Shown here: positions 54,985 to 64,000 of the stretch, piece by piece
Layout of the letters: the number at the start of each line of letters is the position of its first letter
How positions within the stretch are numbered: position 1 is the stretch's first letter
NCBI GenBank assembly: GCA_016874755.1
Contig: VGTH01000005.1
Span: 51,547-115,546, forward strand
DNA length: 64,000 nt
Source of the DNA: Deltaproteobacteria bacterium
GTDB taxonomy: Bacteria > Desulfobacterota > Binatia > UBA9968
Direction of reading: 5' to 3'
Notes under the pieces: generated by a model
Told to the model about the DNA's origin: nothing
The model's input: only the letters and a program-made list of their open reading frames with translations
The model's database searches: none
Program-made: the position numbers and the translations under genes

Positions 54985-55110
54985 GCTGTCATGCTGAGCG
55001 ACGCGAAGCATCTGCTTTTCTGCACGGCGCGATCGGCAGATTCTTCACCTTTGGCTCAGAATGATAGTTGTGGGGGTGAGTAATAATTGGACGGCATTGA
55101 AGTCCAATCG

Positions 55111-56562
55111 CTACTTCATCCGAAAACTCGGCGGCACGACTTCGTCGATGGCTTTGCCGGTCCAGTGCCACTTCGCCACGCTGTCCCAGACCTGCTCGCC
55201 TTTGGCTTGCACTTTTTCTAGCAGCGCTTGTTCGTCGAGACGCACATACTTGCCGTTGTCGACCAAGGTGTCGCCGTCGACAATCACCGTGCGCACATCG
55301 CGGCTGACGGCGGTTTCCATCAGCGAGCGGATCGGATCGCGCACGGCGCCGAAGGCCATCGTGTTAAGATTCACAATCGCGATATCCGCCTTCGCGCCTT
55401 TGGACAGTCTGCCTAGGTCGTCGCGGCCCATCATCTTGGCGCCGCCCAAGGTGATTGAGTTGAAAACGTCGCGCGGGTGGCCGGCCATGAAACTCTTGTC
55501 GGCGACGCGCGAAGCGATGGCCGCGTAGCGCATGTCGGACAGAATATCTTTCGGAAACGTGTCGGTGCCGATGCCCATGTTGATGCCGGCCAGACGGTAG
55601 CGATCGAAGGATTCCATTAGGATGCCAAGTTTCAAATATTTTAGCGGGCTGTAAGCCACCGACGCGCCGGAGTCGGCGATGATCTTGATATCGTCGCCGT
55701 AGGGATACGAAAGCCAGCTGTGACCGCTGACAAAGATGCAATGCGACAGCGAGACGTCGGGCGAGAGAAAGCCGATCTTTTTTAAAAGCTCGATGGGTGT
55801 GCAGCGTTCGCGCTGCATGACCGTGTGAAATTCAAACAAGTTGATGGTCGCGTGAATCTGGATACCGACGCCGGCATCTTTGGCGGCCTTCTTGGTGTCT
55901 TTCAAAAGCTCCGGGGTGCAGGAGTCGACGTGGCCCGGAAACAACATCGCGCTCATGCGGCCGCTGCAGGCGCCGTGATATTTTTCTGCAAACTCGGTGG
56001 CGGTTTGCAGTCCTTTGCTGCCGCGCTCGTCGTTCCAGTCGTACTCCAAGCGGCCTTGCTTATCGTGGAAGAACGAAACGTTTTTGTAGCTCGGCCCGGC
56101 GACGCAACGGATGCCGACTTCGTCGATCATATCGACGTAGCGCGCCGGCTCGCCGCCGGCACCACCGATATCGAAGGTGGTCGTTACGCCGCTCTTGAGC
56201 ACATGAATAATCGAAAAGCGCTGACCGATATCGACGTCTTTTAAATGAGCCGAGTGCGCTCCTTCGCGAGTCGGCCCGCCGTGGGCCAGATAGTTGGATG
56301 CAAAAAAATCAGTCTTGGTGGAGTCGGCGAGAATATAGTCGCTGGCGTTGATGCCGGAGTGAAAATGGGTGTCGATGAAGCCCGGCGACACCAGACAGCC
56401 CTTGGCATCGATCTTCTTGTCGACCGGTTGCGAGTAATCCTTGCCGACAAACTCGATGCGGTTGCCGTCGTACACCACCACGCCGTTTTTGATCACTTCA
56501 TGTTCTTTGCCGTCGAAGCCGACGACCCAGCCGCCCTGGATGAGAGTCTTCATTGCGCGCAC
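55111..56562 (-). CDS. amidohydrolase family protein (cytosine/guanine deaminase / chlorohydrolase-like)
   Basis: LVSPGFIDTHFHSG metal-binding HxH and a 483 aa amidohydro_1 architecture. Confidence 0.88.
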   Translation of the reverse strand: MRAMKTLIQGGWVVGFDGKEHEVIKNGVVVYDGNRIEFVGKDYSQPVDKKIDAKGCLVSPGFIDTHFHSGINASDYILADSTKTDFFASNYLAHGGPTREGAHSAHLKDVDIGQRFSIIHVLKSGVTTTFDIGGAGGEPARYVDMIDEVGIRCVAGPSYKNVSFFHDKQGRLEYDWNDERGSKGLQTATEFAEKYHGACSGRMSAMLFPGHVDSCTPELLKDTKKAAKDAGVGIQIHATINLFEFHTVMQRERCTPIELLKKIGFLSPDVSLSHCIFVSGHSWLSYPYGDDIKIIADSGASVAYSPLKYLKLGILMESFDRYRLAGINMGIGTDTFPKDILSDMRYAAIASRVADKSFMAGHPRDVFNSITLGGAKMMGRDDLGRLSKGAKADIAIVNLNTMAFGAVRDPIRSLMETAVSRDVRTVIVDGDTLVDNGKYVRLDEQALLEKVQAKGEQVWDSVAKWHWTGKAIDEVVPPSFRMK

Positions 56563-56846
56563 CTTTCGAAGCTTGTTTTGAAACCAGCCGCAGGACTAAC
56601 AAAAGCTCAAAGGTAAGACAAGGACTTGGATGAAGCCCATCGGAGCTAGCGCAATTCGCTGCCTCAGAGATCTTTGAGAAAGGCTGCCACCTACAGGTCG
56701 ACTCGTCACTTCATTTTCGGGAATGTTGAATTTCTTCACCACGGCGCGCGATAGGCGCTCAAATCGCCGGCGCGGGTGACACCCAGGGCTTTGCCCTTGA
56801 GAGGCCGGCACGACATTCTATGGGGAATGGAACGGCGGCGATCTAA

Positions 56847-56886
56847 GGAAAGGAAAACTACCGGGGGCGGTGCGACCGGCCCCCGG
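56847..56886 (-). terminator. intrinsic terminator after the 144-aa hypothetical gene
   Basis: Minus strand ccgggggccggtcgcaccgcccccgg followed by tagttttcctttcc. Confidence 0.6.
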
Positions 56887-56910
56887 AGAGGTTGGAGTTG
56901 GAAAAACGGT

Positions 56911-57345
56911 TTAGCTCGCTATACGCTCTTCGAAAGCGGCTTCTTTCCAGCGCAGCAGGCCCTGGCGCAGGTAATCCGACTCAAAGCCCAACAGCTCGCA
57001 GACGTTTTCGAAAGCGTAGAGATAGGATTTGTCGTCGTTCGAAATCCACTCCTCAGCTTCGATGAAAAGGCTTTGCTTCTTCTTGCTGGTAGCAAAAAGA
57101 TTTTCTTGATAGCAGATCACCGCGTCTTGCAGCACGGCGAGCAGCAGAGTCCGCTCGGGGTCGAGGTGAAACTTCCGCTCGTAGGTGGAGAAAAATTGCG
57201 CCGCGCTCAAAATGTCCGGTTGAAACACCGACAAGGCCTTCTCTTCATGCACGCCATGGGAAGGGCTCAAACCTTTGACCCAGTAGGGCGACCGACCTTT
57301 GCTGTTATCCGGCTTGCGCGCCTCAACAGGTTTTTTGATGATCAT
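56911..57345 (-). CDS. hypothetical protein, 144 aa
   Basis: Clean ORF with its own terminator; the overlapping plus-strand ORF is Arg-rich shadow. No family recognised. Confidence 0.5.
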   Translation of the reverse strand: MIIKKPVEARKPDNSKGRSPYWVKGLSPSHGVHEEKALSVFQPDILSAAQFFSTYERKFHLDPERTLLLAVLQDAVICYQENLFATSKKKQSLFIEAEEWISNDDKSYLYAFENVCELLGFESDYLRQGLLRWKEAAFEERIAS

Positions 57346-57933
57346 GAAATACCTCCCTAACGTTAGACGCCGATGATCTCACATGGTTCCCCGGTACAAT
57401 GCTCCCAGGGAAATTTCTTTGGGGACAAGGTCGAGGTTTGCAGGGCCAACCCATTTTAGGGTCGCCGACTTTTCGACTAATACAACTTCGTGAATGACGA
57501 GAACGAAACCAAGGAGCTCAGAGCAAAAGGATCGACTGCAGCATGTGTAACGAAACCTTGGGTGCCCGGTTGTGACTTATAAGTGCCTGCGCCATCGGCA
57601 CTGGATATCGTTGACAATAAACCCAACCGCGATCCGCATCGTTGTGCCCTGAGCTAGGTAGATTTCCCGCCGGTAGCTGCCACAGCGAACCGTCCAACCG
57701 ATCGTGCACGCGCGCTGGTGCGTCGTAAAGCGCGAGACGCGCCATCACGCTCTGAGCGTCGCCCGACAAGGGCGACTCATGCGCGACACTTACAGCAACG
57801 GCCCCAAGGACGAAGAAAAACAGGATTATAAGGGCAGCCAGCGATTTATGGAGGCGGGTGATCTTCACCGAATCGTGGCGGCACCATATCACGGCTGGGG
57901 TGAATGTCAAGGAAAACCAAGCCTAAAATAGAG

Positions 57934-58236
57934 CTAGATCCAGCGCGAAAAAGCCGGGCCGAGGCGCACCGCCATGAGTCCGAGGACCACTTGCAGACCG
58001 ATGTTGGCCAAGGCGCCGACCAAGCGCGAGTCGCGCATTAGGGTCGTGGTCTCGAACGCGAACGCAGAGAACGTGGTGAAGCCACCGAGGACGCCAATGA
58101 AGAAAAACAGGCGCAGCTCCTGGACGAAAAACCGCCTGTGCTCGGCGATGCCGGCGAGCAAGCCGAAGCAGCCATCCAATAGCGCAGCACCGAACCGAGA
58201 AAACCCCCCGGCGCTAACGAGCAGTGCAGCCATCAT
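57934..58236 (-). CDS. crcB: fluoride ion channel CrcB/FluC (short form)
   Basis: GGFTTFSAFAFE... signature and four hydrophobic helices. 100 aa. Confidence 0.65.
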   Translation of the reverse strand: MMAALLVSAGGFSRFGAALLDGCFGLLAGIAEHRRFFVQELRLFFFIGVLGGFTTFSAFAFETTTLMRDSRLVGALANIGLQVVLGLMAVRLGPAFSRWI

Positions 58237-58239
58237 TCT

Positions 58240-58320
58240 TAGCTTGATTCTCCAATCGGGTAGATCGCACCGACGCTATTGGATTGGGCGGCTGATTTCA
58301 ATCCGCCGGATTTCCGTTTG
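58240..58320 (-). ncRNA. candidate fluoride (crcB-motif) riboswitch in the crcB leader
   Basis: Minus strand GGCGGAUUGAAAUCAGCCGCC CAAUCC...GCGAUCUACC loosely follows the GGCGAUGG..CGCC..AAAC..GAUG..CUAC architecture. Not a strict consensus match. Confidence 0.3.
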
Positions 58321-58352
58321 ACCGCCGCGGGTAAGATGGTAAAGTACGCCCC

Positions 58353-59525
58353 ATGCCGTTAGCTACGATTGAAGAAGCGATCGACGAGATCCGTCGCGGC
58401 CGCATGGTCATCTTAATGGATGACAAAGATCGCGAGAACGAGGGCGATCTGTGCCTGGCCGCTGAAGCAACCACGCCCGAAGCGATCAATTTCATGGCAA
58501 CCTACGGGCGCGGCTTGATCTGCTTGCCGCTCACCGAAGAGCGGGTGCGTTACCTCGGTATTTCGATGATGGTCTCGGAAAACACCTCGCCCTTCGGCAC
58601 GGCGTTTACGGTTTCCGTCGATTCATCATCCGGCATCACGACGGGCATCTCTGCCGCCGACCGGGCCAAGACGATTCTCGACGCCATTGCCGAAGACGCC
58701 AAACCGTCGGATCTCGTCACACCCGGCCATATCTTTCCGCTGCGCGCGCGCAACGGCGGCGTGCTGGTGCGCGCCGGGCAAACCGAAGGGTCGGTGGACT
58801 TGGCGCGCTTGGCCGGACTTAAGCCGGCGGGGGTGATTTGCGAGATCATGAAAGACGACGGCACGATGGCGCGCCAACCCGACCTGATGAAATTTGCCCG
58901 CAAGCATAAGCTCAAAGTCTGTACCATCGCCGACTTGATCCAATATCGTTTGCAGTACGACTCTCTGGTTTATCGCGCTGCCAGCGCGCCGCTGCCAACG
59001 CGGGTCGGCGGCCAATTTCAAGCGATCATCTACAACACTCATGTAGACAACAGCGAACATCTTGCCCTGGTGAAAGGTGAGATTTCGCCAAAGGAAGAGA
59101 CCATCGTCAGGGTCCACACCAAATATGTTCCCGGCGATGTCTTTGGCTTCGCGCTGCTCAACACCGGCCGAGTCATCGAGCGTTCGATGGAGATCATCGA
59201 GCGCGCCGGCAAAGGCGTGATTCTTTACTTGCAGCCCGAGCAGAAGGGTGTCCATCCGGCGATGGTGGCGTACCCACGGGTGGAAGCGAAACATCGCAAG
59301 GAGATGAATCGCTCGTTCGTCTATCAAGCCGACTTCAAAGAATACGGCATCGGCGCGCAGATCCTGCGCGACCTCGGCGTGCGCAAGATGCGCCTATTGA
59401 CCAACAACAAAAAACACTTGGTCGGCCTGCGCGGCTACGGTCTGGAAGTCACGGCACTGGAGCCGATTCCGCGCGAGCACCCGGTGCGCGATGAGGGTAA
59501 GAAAAGCAAAGCGAAAAGCGCTTAG
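58353..59525 (+). CDS. ribBA: 3,4-dihydroxy-2-butanone-4-phosphate synthase with degenerate C-terminal GTP cyclohydrolase II domain
   Basis: N-terminal RibB: [25 protein letters not shown]-terminal RibA-like domain reads [20 protein letters not shown] where RVHSECLTGD..SLRCDCG is expected, so the zinc-binding Cys are absent. Confidence 0.9.
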   Translation: MPLATIEEAIDEIRRGRMVILMDDKDRENEGDLCLAAEATTPEAINFMATYGRGLICLPLTEERVRYLGISMMVSENTSPFGTAFTVSVDSSSGITTGISAADRAKTILDAIAEDAKPSDLVTPGHIFPLRARNGGVLVRAGQTEGSVDLARLAGLKPAGVICEIMKDDGTMARQPDLMKFARKHKLKVCTIADLIQYRLQYDSLVYRAASAPLPTRVGGQFQAIIYNTHVDNSEHLALVKGEISPKEETIVRVHTKYVPGDVFGFALLNTGRVIERSMEIIERAGKGVILYLQPEQKGVHPAMVAYPRVEAKHRKEMNRSFVYQADFKEYGIGAQILRDLGVRKMRLLTNNKKHLVGLRGYGLEVTALEPIPREHPVRDEGKKSKAKSA

Positions 59526-59540
59526 CCGAAACGGCATTGC

Positions 59541-59645
59541 AGATTACAAATTCCAAATTCCAGATTGTTCGCGACCGCGGGGCTTAATTTGAAATCTTGA
59601 ATTTGGAATTCGTAATTCCGAGCGAAGCGAGGACCAGCGAGGACA
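59541..59645. repeat. AT-rich palindromic word repeat (attacaaattccaaattccagatt / inverted copy) ending in attccgagcgaagcgagga
   Basis: 24-bp imperfect inverted repeat (59544-59567 versus 59593-59616). Related copy at 59866-59955. Both flank the FmdB-like gene. Confidence 0.65.
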
Positions 59646-59646
59646 A

Positions 59647-59862
59647 ATGCCGATCTTCGAATACAATTGCAGCGATTGCGAGCATCACTTCGAAACTATC
59701 GTGCTGTCGACGCGGGAAAAGATCAGTTGCCCCAAATGCGACAGCCGATCCGTGAGAAAGCAGCTGTTAGTTTTTAGCTCACCAGCCTCGGGCAAGGAAG
59801 CTAGCGCCGCGCCATCTGGCGGGGGCTGTGGCTGTACACCGTCCAGCTGCGGCTGCCACTAA
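59647..59862 (+). CDS. FmdB-family zinc-ribbon putative regulatory protein
   Basis: MPIFEYNCSDCEHHFE...CPKCDS CxxC..CxxC ribbon and a Cys/Gly/Ser-rich tail. Confidence 0.7.
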   Translation: MPIFEYNCSDCEHHFETIVLSTREKISCPKCDSRSVRKQLLVFSSPASGKEASAAPSGGGCGCTPSSCGCH

Positions 59863-59865
59863 TCG

Positions 59866-59955
59866 AAGCGAATTTCAAATCTCAGATTTCAGATCTCAAA
59901 CTCGGATTTTTGTCCGCATGTTTGAGATTCCGAGCTCAGCGAGGACTCTGCGGAT
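59866..59955. repeat. second copy of the AT-rich word repeat (aatttcaaatctcagatttcagatctcaaa) ending in attccgagctcagcgagga
   Basis: Shares the tctcagatttcaaatttcagatctcaaa word with 5137-5168 and shares related word motifs with 10245-10295. Confidence 0.65.
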
Positions 59956-60460
59956 TGATGAAATACGGCAGCTCCGGCCGGATGCGCTTGAGAGCTTCGC
60001 CGATGTTAGAGAAAACTCGCTCATCGACAAGCTGTCCGTTGATCCAGCAATCGAGCGACGGGTTTTCGGTGAAGTTAATGTCGACGTAGCGCTCGCCCAC
60101 CGGCTCGCCGGTTATCAAGATACGGACCGAATAGCCCGCGTCGATGACGATGCCGCGGGAGCGCAGCGGCAGCGGCAGGCCGGATTTGATGCGCGCCAGT
60201 TTGTCTTCCGGATACTTGCCGACGTCGAGGGAAAAATGGCCCCACTCGCCCGGTCCCACCGAGAGTTCCTTGAAAAGTTTGGAGTTAATGTCGACAAGGT
60301 TGCGCGCGGCTTTGTCTTGATTGTAATTTTTTAGGAGCTCGTAGGCCCATTTCTCAATGATGCCCTTGACCGGTTCGGCGGGCTTCTCACGCTCTTTCAC
60401 CGGACCGCGATCGATCCACCATTTGGTTTCTTCGAAGGCTTGCTCTTTTTCGTCGGCCAT
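59936..60460 (-). CDS. hypothetical protein, 174 aa, downstream of PhtD-like paralog
   Basis: Clean ORF 12 nt after the PhtD-like gene stop. No family recognised. Confidence 0.5.
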   Translation of the reverse strand: MADEKEQAFEETKWWIDRGPVKEREKPAEPVKGIIEKWAYELLKNYNQDKAARNLVDINSKLFKELSVGPGEWGHFSLDVGKYPEDKLARIKSGLPLPLRSRGIVIDAGYSVRILITGEPVGERYVDINFTENPSLDCWINGQLVDERVFSNIGEALKRIRPELPYFINPQSPR

Positions 60461-60472
60461 GGAATTCGCCGA

Positions 60473-61465
60473 TTAGATCTTGAACTCTTCCAACGTGCTC
60501 TTGGCAAACAGTGAATTGACGTCGAGCTTCTTACTGATCAAACCCTGCTCGTGGGTATACTGCACCAACGTTTCCAATATATGCCGATTGGCTTCCAAAC
60601 CATAGGCCCAAGGATCGGGGCCGAGGATTTCCCGCTCTTTTTCCATCTCGTCGATGGACCACGCCATCATGTATTTTAGCGCTGAGAACTCATACATCGC
60701 TTCCTGGCAAATGCGCTTGGATTCATTGAACGCTTTGAACAAGCTTTGCGCGATCCACGGCTCCTTCTCGTAGACTTCCTCGCGGATCACAATGGTATGC
60801 ATGATCGGAAAAATTTTGGTGCGCTTGAAATAGTCGGCTTCGACTTCGCGGAAGTTGGGGATCAAGCGCTGCACTTTCGGATGGCGCCGGACAAAGGGCG
60901 AGGGCATGTGGGCGGAAATCATCGCGTCGATCTCACCGGTTTCAAGCATGCCGGATAAGGTCTTGTCGCCCGCGATGGCTTGAATCTTGATGTTCGGTGG
61001 CAATTTATGCTGCACCTTGTCTTGTCTTCCCGGGTGCTCCTCGCCGCCGGTAAACCAGATCATGGTTTCGGGCAAGACGCCGTACTCGTGCTGCAAAATG
61101 CCGCGCGCCCAAGTGGCCATGGTGATCTGATACTCTGGGACGCCAACCCGTTTGCCCGCCATTTCCGCCGGTTCCTTAATGCCCGAGTCGGTGTTGATGT
61201 AAATGCAGGAGTGGCGAAAAGTCTTCGAGGGAAAAACCGGAATGCCGATTAAGCGCGGCGCGCCCTTGTCGCGCGACATCAGAAACGACCCCGTTGACAT
61301 TTCGGCAACGTCAAACTCGCCATAACGCAGCATCCGCCAAAAAGTTTCTTCGACGCGGAGCGGCAAGTAAGTTAAGTCCACACCCTCTACTTCAACGCGG
61401 CCATCTTGCAATGCGCGCGTGCGGTCGTAATCCCAACAAGCTAACGTCAGACGAGTTTTTCCCAT
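60473..61465 (-). CDS. 4,5-dihydroxyphthalate decarboxylase (PhtD)-like protein, second paralog
   Basis: 330 aa, collinear with 6512..7477 (GVPEYQITMATWARGILQHEYG versus GLRNFQATANLWIRGILEHEHG; ILGPDPWAYGL). Confidence 0.65.
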   Translation of the reverse strand: MGKTRLTLACWDYDRTRALQDGRVEVEGVDLTYLPLRVEETFWRMLRYGEFDVAEMSTGSFLMSRDKGAPRLIGIPVFPSKTFRHSCIYINTDSGIKEPAEMAGKRVGVPEYQITMATWARGILQHEYGVLPETMIWFTGGEEHPGRQDKVQHKLPPNIKIQAIAGDKTLSGMLETGEIDAMISAHMPSPFVRRHPKVQRLIPNFREVEADYFKRTKIFPIMHTIVIREEVYEKEPWIAQSLFKAFNESKRICQEAMYEFSALKYMMAWSIDEMEKEREILGPDPWAYGLEANRHILETLVQYTHEQGLISKKLDVNSLFAKSTLEEFKI

Positions 61466-61501
61466 GCAGTTCTCCTTAAGATCAATTGCCGAAATCGAAA
61501 A

Positions 61502-61705
61502 TTAATTGGCTCTGATACCGGCGAGAAACTGCGCGGCGCTGATCATGAACTGATCCTTTTCACCCTGCAGAACCACCGCTGCTTCACCGGAAGCCAGGGT
61601 TGTGCGCCGTTGAATCACGTAGGGCTGGCCGCGAAACGTGACTGTTTGCCCAGGCCGGTAACCGGCGAGCTTCTCGTGATCCGCCTGCGGGTCGATCTTT
61701 TCCAT
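61502..61705 (-). CDS. small hypothetical protein (about 68 aa from MEKIDPQ)
   Basis: The longer ORF to 61825 would overlap the panE start, so the internal Met is used. No RBS evident. Confidence 0.25.
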   Translation of the reverse strand: MEKIDPQADHEKLAGYRPGQTVTFRGQPYVIQRRTTLASGEAAVVLQGEKDQFMISAAQFLAGIRAN

Positions 61706-61802
61706 AGGGTCATTTTCATAGCATATCGCCGGGCAAAGCTTAAATCGGGATTTGTCAAAGGCGGAATTGACAAGGTCACGGTTGGCCCCGTAAGTTCGCC
61801 GC

Positions 61803-62738
61803 ATGCGCATTGCTGTCATGGGCACCGGTGCGGTGGGCGCCTATTTCGGCGCCCGGCTGGCCGCCATCGCCGCTAACGATTTAGCCTTTGTTGCCCGCGG
61901 GGCTCACCTCGAAGCGATGCGAAAGCAGGGTCTCGTCGTCAAAAGCTACGAAGGCGATAGGGTGGTGGCCAACGCGCTTTACACGGACACTCCCGCCCAA
62001 GTGGGACCAGTGGACCTGGTGCTTTTTTGCGTAAAATCCTACGACACCGAAGCGGCGGCGCAAGCTATCGCACCCATGATGCGGCCCAACACGATCTTGC
62101 TTTCGCTGCAAAACGGCGTTGACAACGGCGACAGGCTGGCACGCTTCTACGGTCATGAGAGGATTTTACCTGCCGTGGTGTACGTCGGTTCGGCATTGGC
62201 CGGCCCGGGGGTGGTCGAACACACCAGCGGCGGGCGGGTTATTTTCGGCAGCCGCGATGGCAAGGAAAACACAGCCACTCGCATGGTCGCCCAAGCGTTG
62301 GCAGCGGCGCAGATTCCCCACGAAGTCACTCCGCATATCGCCCAAGTGCAATGGCGCAAGCTTTTGTGGAACGCGGCCTTTTGCGCCATTAGCGTGCTGG
62401 CCCACGCCGACACCCGTGAAATCGTCGAATCGGCTACGCTTAACCAGTTGGCGGTCGATTGCATGCACGAAGTGCGCGACGCCGCGGCGGCAGTGGGCAT
62501 CGCGCTGGCTCCAGCGGCGATTGACGAAACGATGGCGTTCTCACGCACGGTGGGCCACTTCAAGCCGTCGATGCTGCAAGATCTCGCGGCTGGTAAGCGG
62601 CTTGAATACCAAGCATTCAATGGCATAGTGGTCGAAACGTTAACCCAGGTTGGCAAAACAGCACCGATCAATCAGGTTTTCTGCCAGACGCTGGCGTTTC
62701 TCGACCAGCGCATGCGCGAGCGGCGGAAAGGCGGGTAG
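61803..62738 (+). CDS. panE: 2-dehydropantoate 2-reductase (ketopantoate reductase, ApbA/PanE family)
   Basis: MRIAVMGTGAVGAYFGARLA N-terminal Rossmann motif and ApbA C-terminal domain. Confidence 0.85.
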   Translation: MRIAVMGTGAVGAYFGARLAAIAANDLAFVARGAHLEAMRKQGLVVKSYEGDRVVANALYTDTPAQVGPVDLVLFCVKSYDTEAAAQAIAPMMRPNTILLSLQNGVDNGDRLARFYGHERILPAVVYVGSALAGPGVVEHTSGGRVIFGSRDGKENTATRMVAQALAAAQIPHEVTPHIAQVQWRKLLWNAAFCAISVLAHADTREIVESATLNQLAVDCMHEVRDAAAAVGIALAPAAIDETMAFSRTVGHFKPSMLQDLAAGKRLEYQAFNGIVVETLTQVGKTAPINQVFCQTLAFLDQRMRERRKGG

Positions 62739-62744
62739 AAAGTC

Positions 62745-63638
62745 ATGCAGATAATAACACTATACGAGATAGTCTTAGCTGTCGGCGCCTTGCTGTTGCC
62801 CGCAATAGCCACGGCGCAGGCTCAAGCACCAAAGGAACAGATCGCTCGCGGCCAATATATTTTCGCCATCTCCGGCGGCTGCGCGTGCCACACCGAGCCG
62901 AAGGGCGTGCACAACGTCGGCGCGCGCGCCTTCCCGATTCCTCTGGGCACGGTCTATAGCACCAACATTACGCCCGACAAAGAAACCGGCTTGGGAGACT
63001 GGACGGACCAACAGTTCATGGATGCGATGACCAAGGGGCTGCGCAAAGACGGCAGCCGGCTTTTGCCGGTGATGCCGTATACGCTTTACTCCGGTATGGC
63101 GCAGGAAGACCTGCGCGCGCTGCTGTCTTACTTGCGCTCGCTGAAACCGGTGAGGAAACCGACACCGGAGCTTAAAACCTCCACGCCGTTTGCGCGCAGC
63201 GTTGCCACCGCTGCCTGGCTCAAAGCCTTCGGGACGTTTTATGAATCGCCGGCGCAGGCGCCCAAAGCCGGCATCGCCCGGGGGAAATATTTGACCGACC
63301 ATGTGGCGATCTGCGGCGACTGCCACACGCCGCGCAACTCGCTGGGCGTGCCGAGCCGCACGCTCTACATGGCGGGCTCGCCGAAAGACGGCCCCATCGG
63401 CGAACTGGTGCCCAACATCACGCCGGACAAGGAGACCGGCATCGGCGACTGGAAACGGGAAGATATCGCGGAGCTGTTAATCAAAGGCATCAAGCCCGAC
63501 TTCGACAACGTTCAGGGGCTGATGCTGGAAGTGATCCAAGGCGCACCCCATGGCTACAAAGACATGACCAGGGAAGACGCGCTGGCGATCGCCGATTACT
63601 TGAAATCAATCCCGGCGATCAAGAACAAACCTAAGTGA
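62745..63638 (+). CDS. diheme c-type cytochrome
   Basis: Signal peptide and two CxxCH motifs (CACHT, CGDCHT). Confidence 0.85.
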   Translation: MQIITLYEIVLAVGALLLPAIATAQAQAPKEQIARGQYIFAISGGCACHTEPKGVHNVGARAFPIPLGTVYSTNITPDKETGLGDWTDQQFMDAMTKGLRKDGSRLLPVMPYTLYSGMAQEDLRALLSYLRSLKPVRKPTPELKTSTPFARSVATAAWLKAFGTFYESPAQAPKAGIARGKYLTDHVAICGDCHTPRNSLGVPSRTLYMAGSPKDGPIGELVPNITPDKETGIGDWKREDIAELLIKGIKPDFDNVQGLMLEVIQGAPHGYKDMTREDALAIADYLKSIPAIKNKPK

Positions 63639-63644
63639 TTAGAT

Positions 63645-64000
63645 TCAGGTGCGCGCCACTTGCTTGACAACTTCGGTTAGCACCTGGTCGGCGCTGACGT
63701 TTTCCGCTTCGGCTTGGAAGTTGAGAATGATGCGGTGGCGCAGCGCCGGGTAAAGCACCTTCTCGACGTCCTCATAGCTCACGTGCACCCGTCCCTCGGC
63801 CAAGGCATTGCCCTTGGCGCCGAGAATCACCGCCTGGGCGCCGCGCGGGCTCGAACCAAAACGTAGATACTGCTTGATGGACGGCGCCGCCTTGCCGCCG
63901 TTGCTGCTCGGACCCGGCTGGGTCGCGTGGACGGCGCGCACCACGTAGTCCTCGATCGGCGGGGCGATCAAGACTTGGCGCAGGAGCTGCTTCATTTCGT
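63645..64000 (-). CDS. MoxR-family AAA+ ATPase, C-terminal part (partial, continues beyond the window)
   Basis: ...SPRGAQAVILGAKGNALAEGRVHVSYEDVEKVLYPALRHRI is the conserved MoxR C-terminal lid region. The ORF remains open at 64000. Confidence 0.6.
   Translation of the reverse strand, partial: EMKQLLRQVLIAPPIEDYVVRAVHATQPGPSSNGGKAAPSIKQYLRFGSSPRGAQAVILGAKGNALAEGRVHVSYEDVEKVLYPALRHRIILNFQAEAENVSADQVLTEVVKQVART

Noticed and set aside
56776-57360. 194-aa plus-strand ORF overlapping the 144-aa hypothetical gene
   Set aside because: Arg-rich, with no RBS. The minus-strand ORF has protein-like composition and its own terminator, so the plus ORF is treated as shadow.
57518-57910. 130-aa minus-strand ORF with a hydrophobic segment between the hypothetical gene and crcB
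   Set aside because: An alternative plus-strand ORF (57704-57931) covers the same DNA and neither has recognisable motifs or an RBS. The region may be non-coding, so it is left unannotated.
58237-58352. FMN riboswitch upstream of ribBA
   Set aside because: No RFN-element hallmarks (GGAUG, GGGCGG..CCCGAC core) on the plus strand. The spacer is better explained as the crcB leader on the other strand.
1-64000. CRISPR arrays, tRNA and rRNA genes
   Set aside because: The repeats found are irregular, palindromic or iteron-like without uniform spacer spacing, so they are not CRISPR. No GTTCGAATCC-type T-arm or cloverleaf candidates were seen in intergenic regions, and no rRNA-like segments.

Overview
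This window is the chromosomal origin region of a high-GC (about 60%) bacterium, but its gene order is rearranged. The housekeeping genes are all recognisable: atpB (N-terminus), atpI, atpZ and hemL on the minus strand, dnaA and dnaN on the plus strand with clusters of DnaA boxes on both sides of dnaA, and parB-parA-mnmG-mnmE on the minus strand with two near-consensus parS sites flanking mnmG. About 26 kb of catabolic genes sit between dnaN and parB where recF/gyrB would normally be, so the dnaA block and the par block converge rather than lie in tandem. rsmG is absent between mnmG and parA. The inserted region and the 28 kb beyond mnmE are full of paralogous families typical of aromatic and organic-acid catabolism. 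These include a benzoate-CoA-ligase-family enzyme, an aldehyde dehydrogenase, an HpaB-family flavin monooxygenase, and at least four amidohydrolases (three of the ACMSD/LigW type plus one cytosine/guanine-deaminase-like). There are two ICL/PEP-mutase-family lyases, a mandelate-racemase-family enzyme, a luciferase-like monooxygenase and single-cupin and bicupin proteins. There are two cytoplasmic PhtD-like NMT1-fold proteins and three secreted NMT1-like binding proteins. There is a TAXI-TRAP transporter, a TctC/Bug-family protein, and a Dpp-like ABC importer with three substrate-binding proteins and two permeases but no ATPase. Further genes are an Ada-AlkA fusion overlapping ogt, msrA, crcB, ribBA with a GTP cyclohydrolase II domain lacking its zinc cysteines, panE, a diheme cytochrome c and the C-terminus of a MoxR ATPase. 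No tRNA, rRNA or CRISPR was seen. I could not pin down a single headline novel system. The most unusual signals are several families of short intergenic repeats, a perfect 35-bp inverted repeat forming a MITE-like element, and small genes bracketed by tandem-repeat blocks. There are also several decayed or chimeric gene remnants: a YhcG/DUF1016 nuclease gene with a TGG-to-TAG nonsense codon, NMT1 fragments, a fragment resembling a GspG pseudopilin, a RAYT transposase N-terminal fragment and a frameshifted alpha/beta hydrolase.
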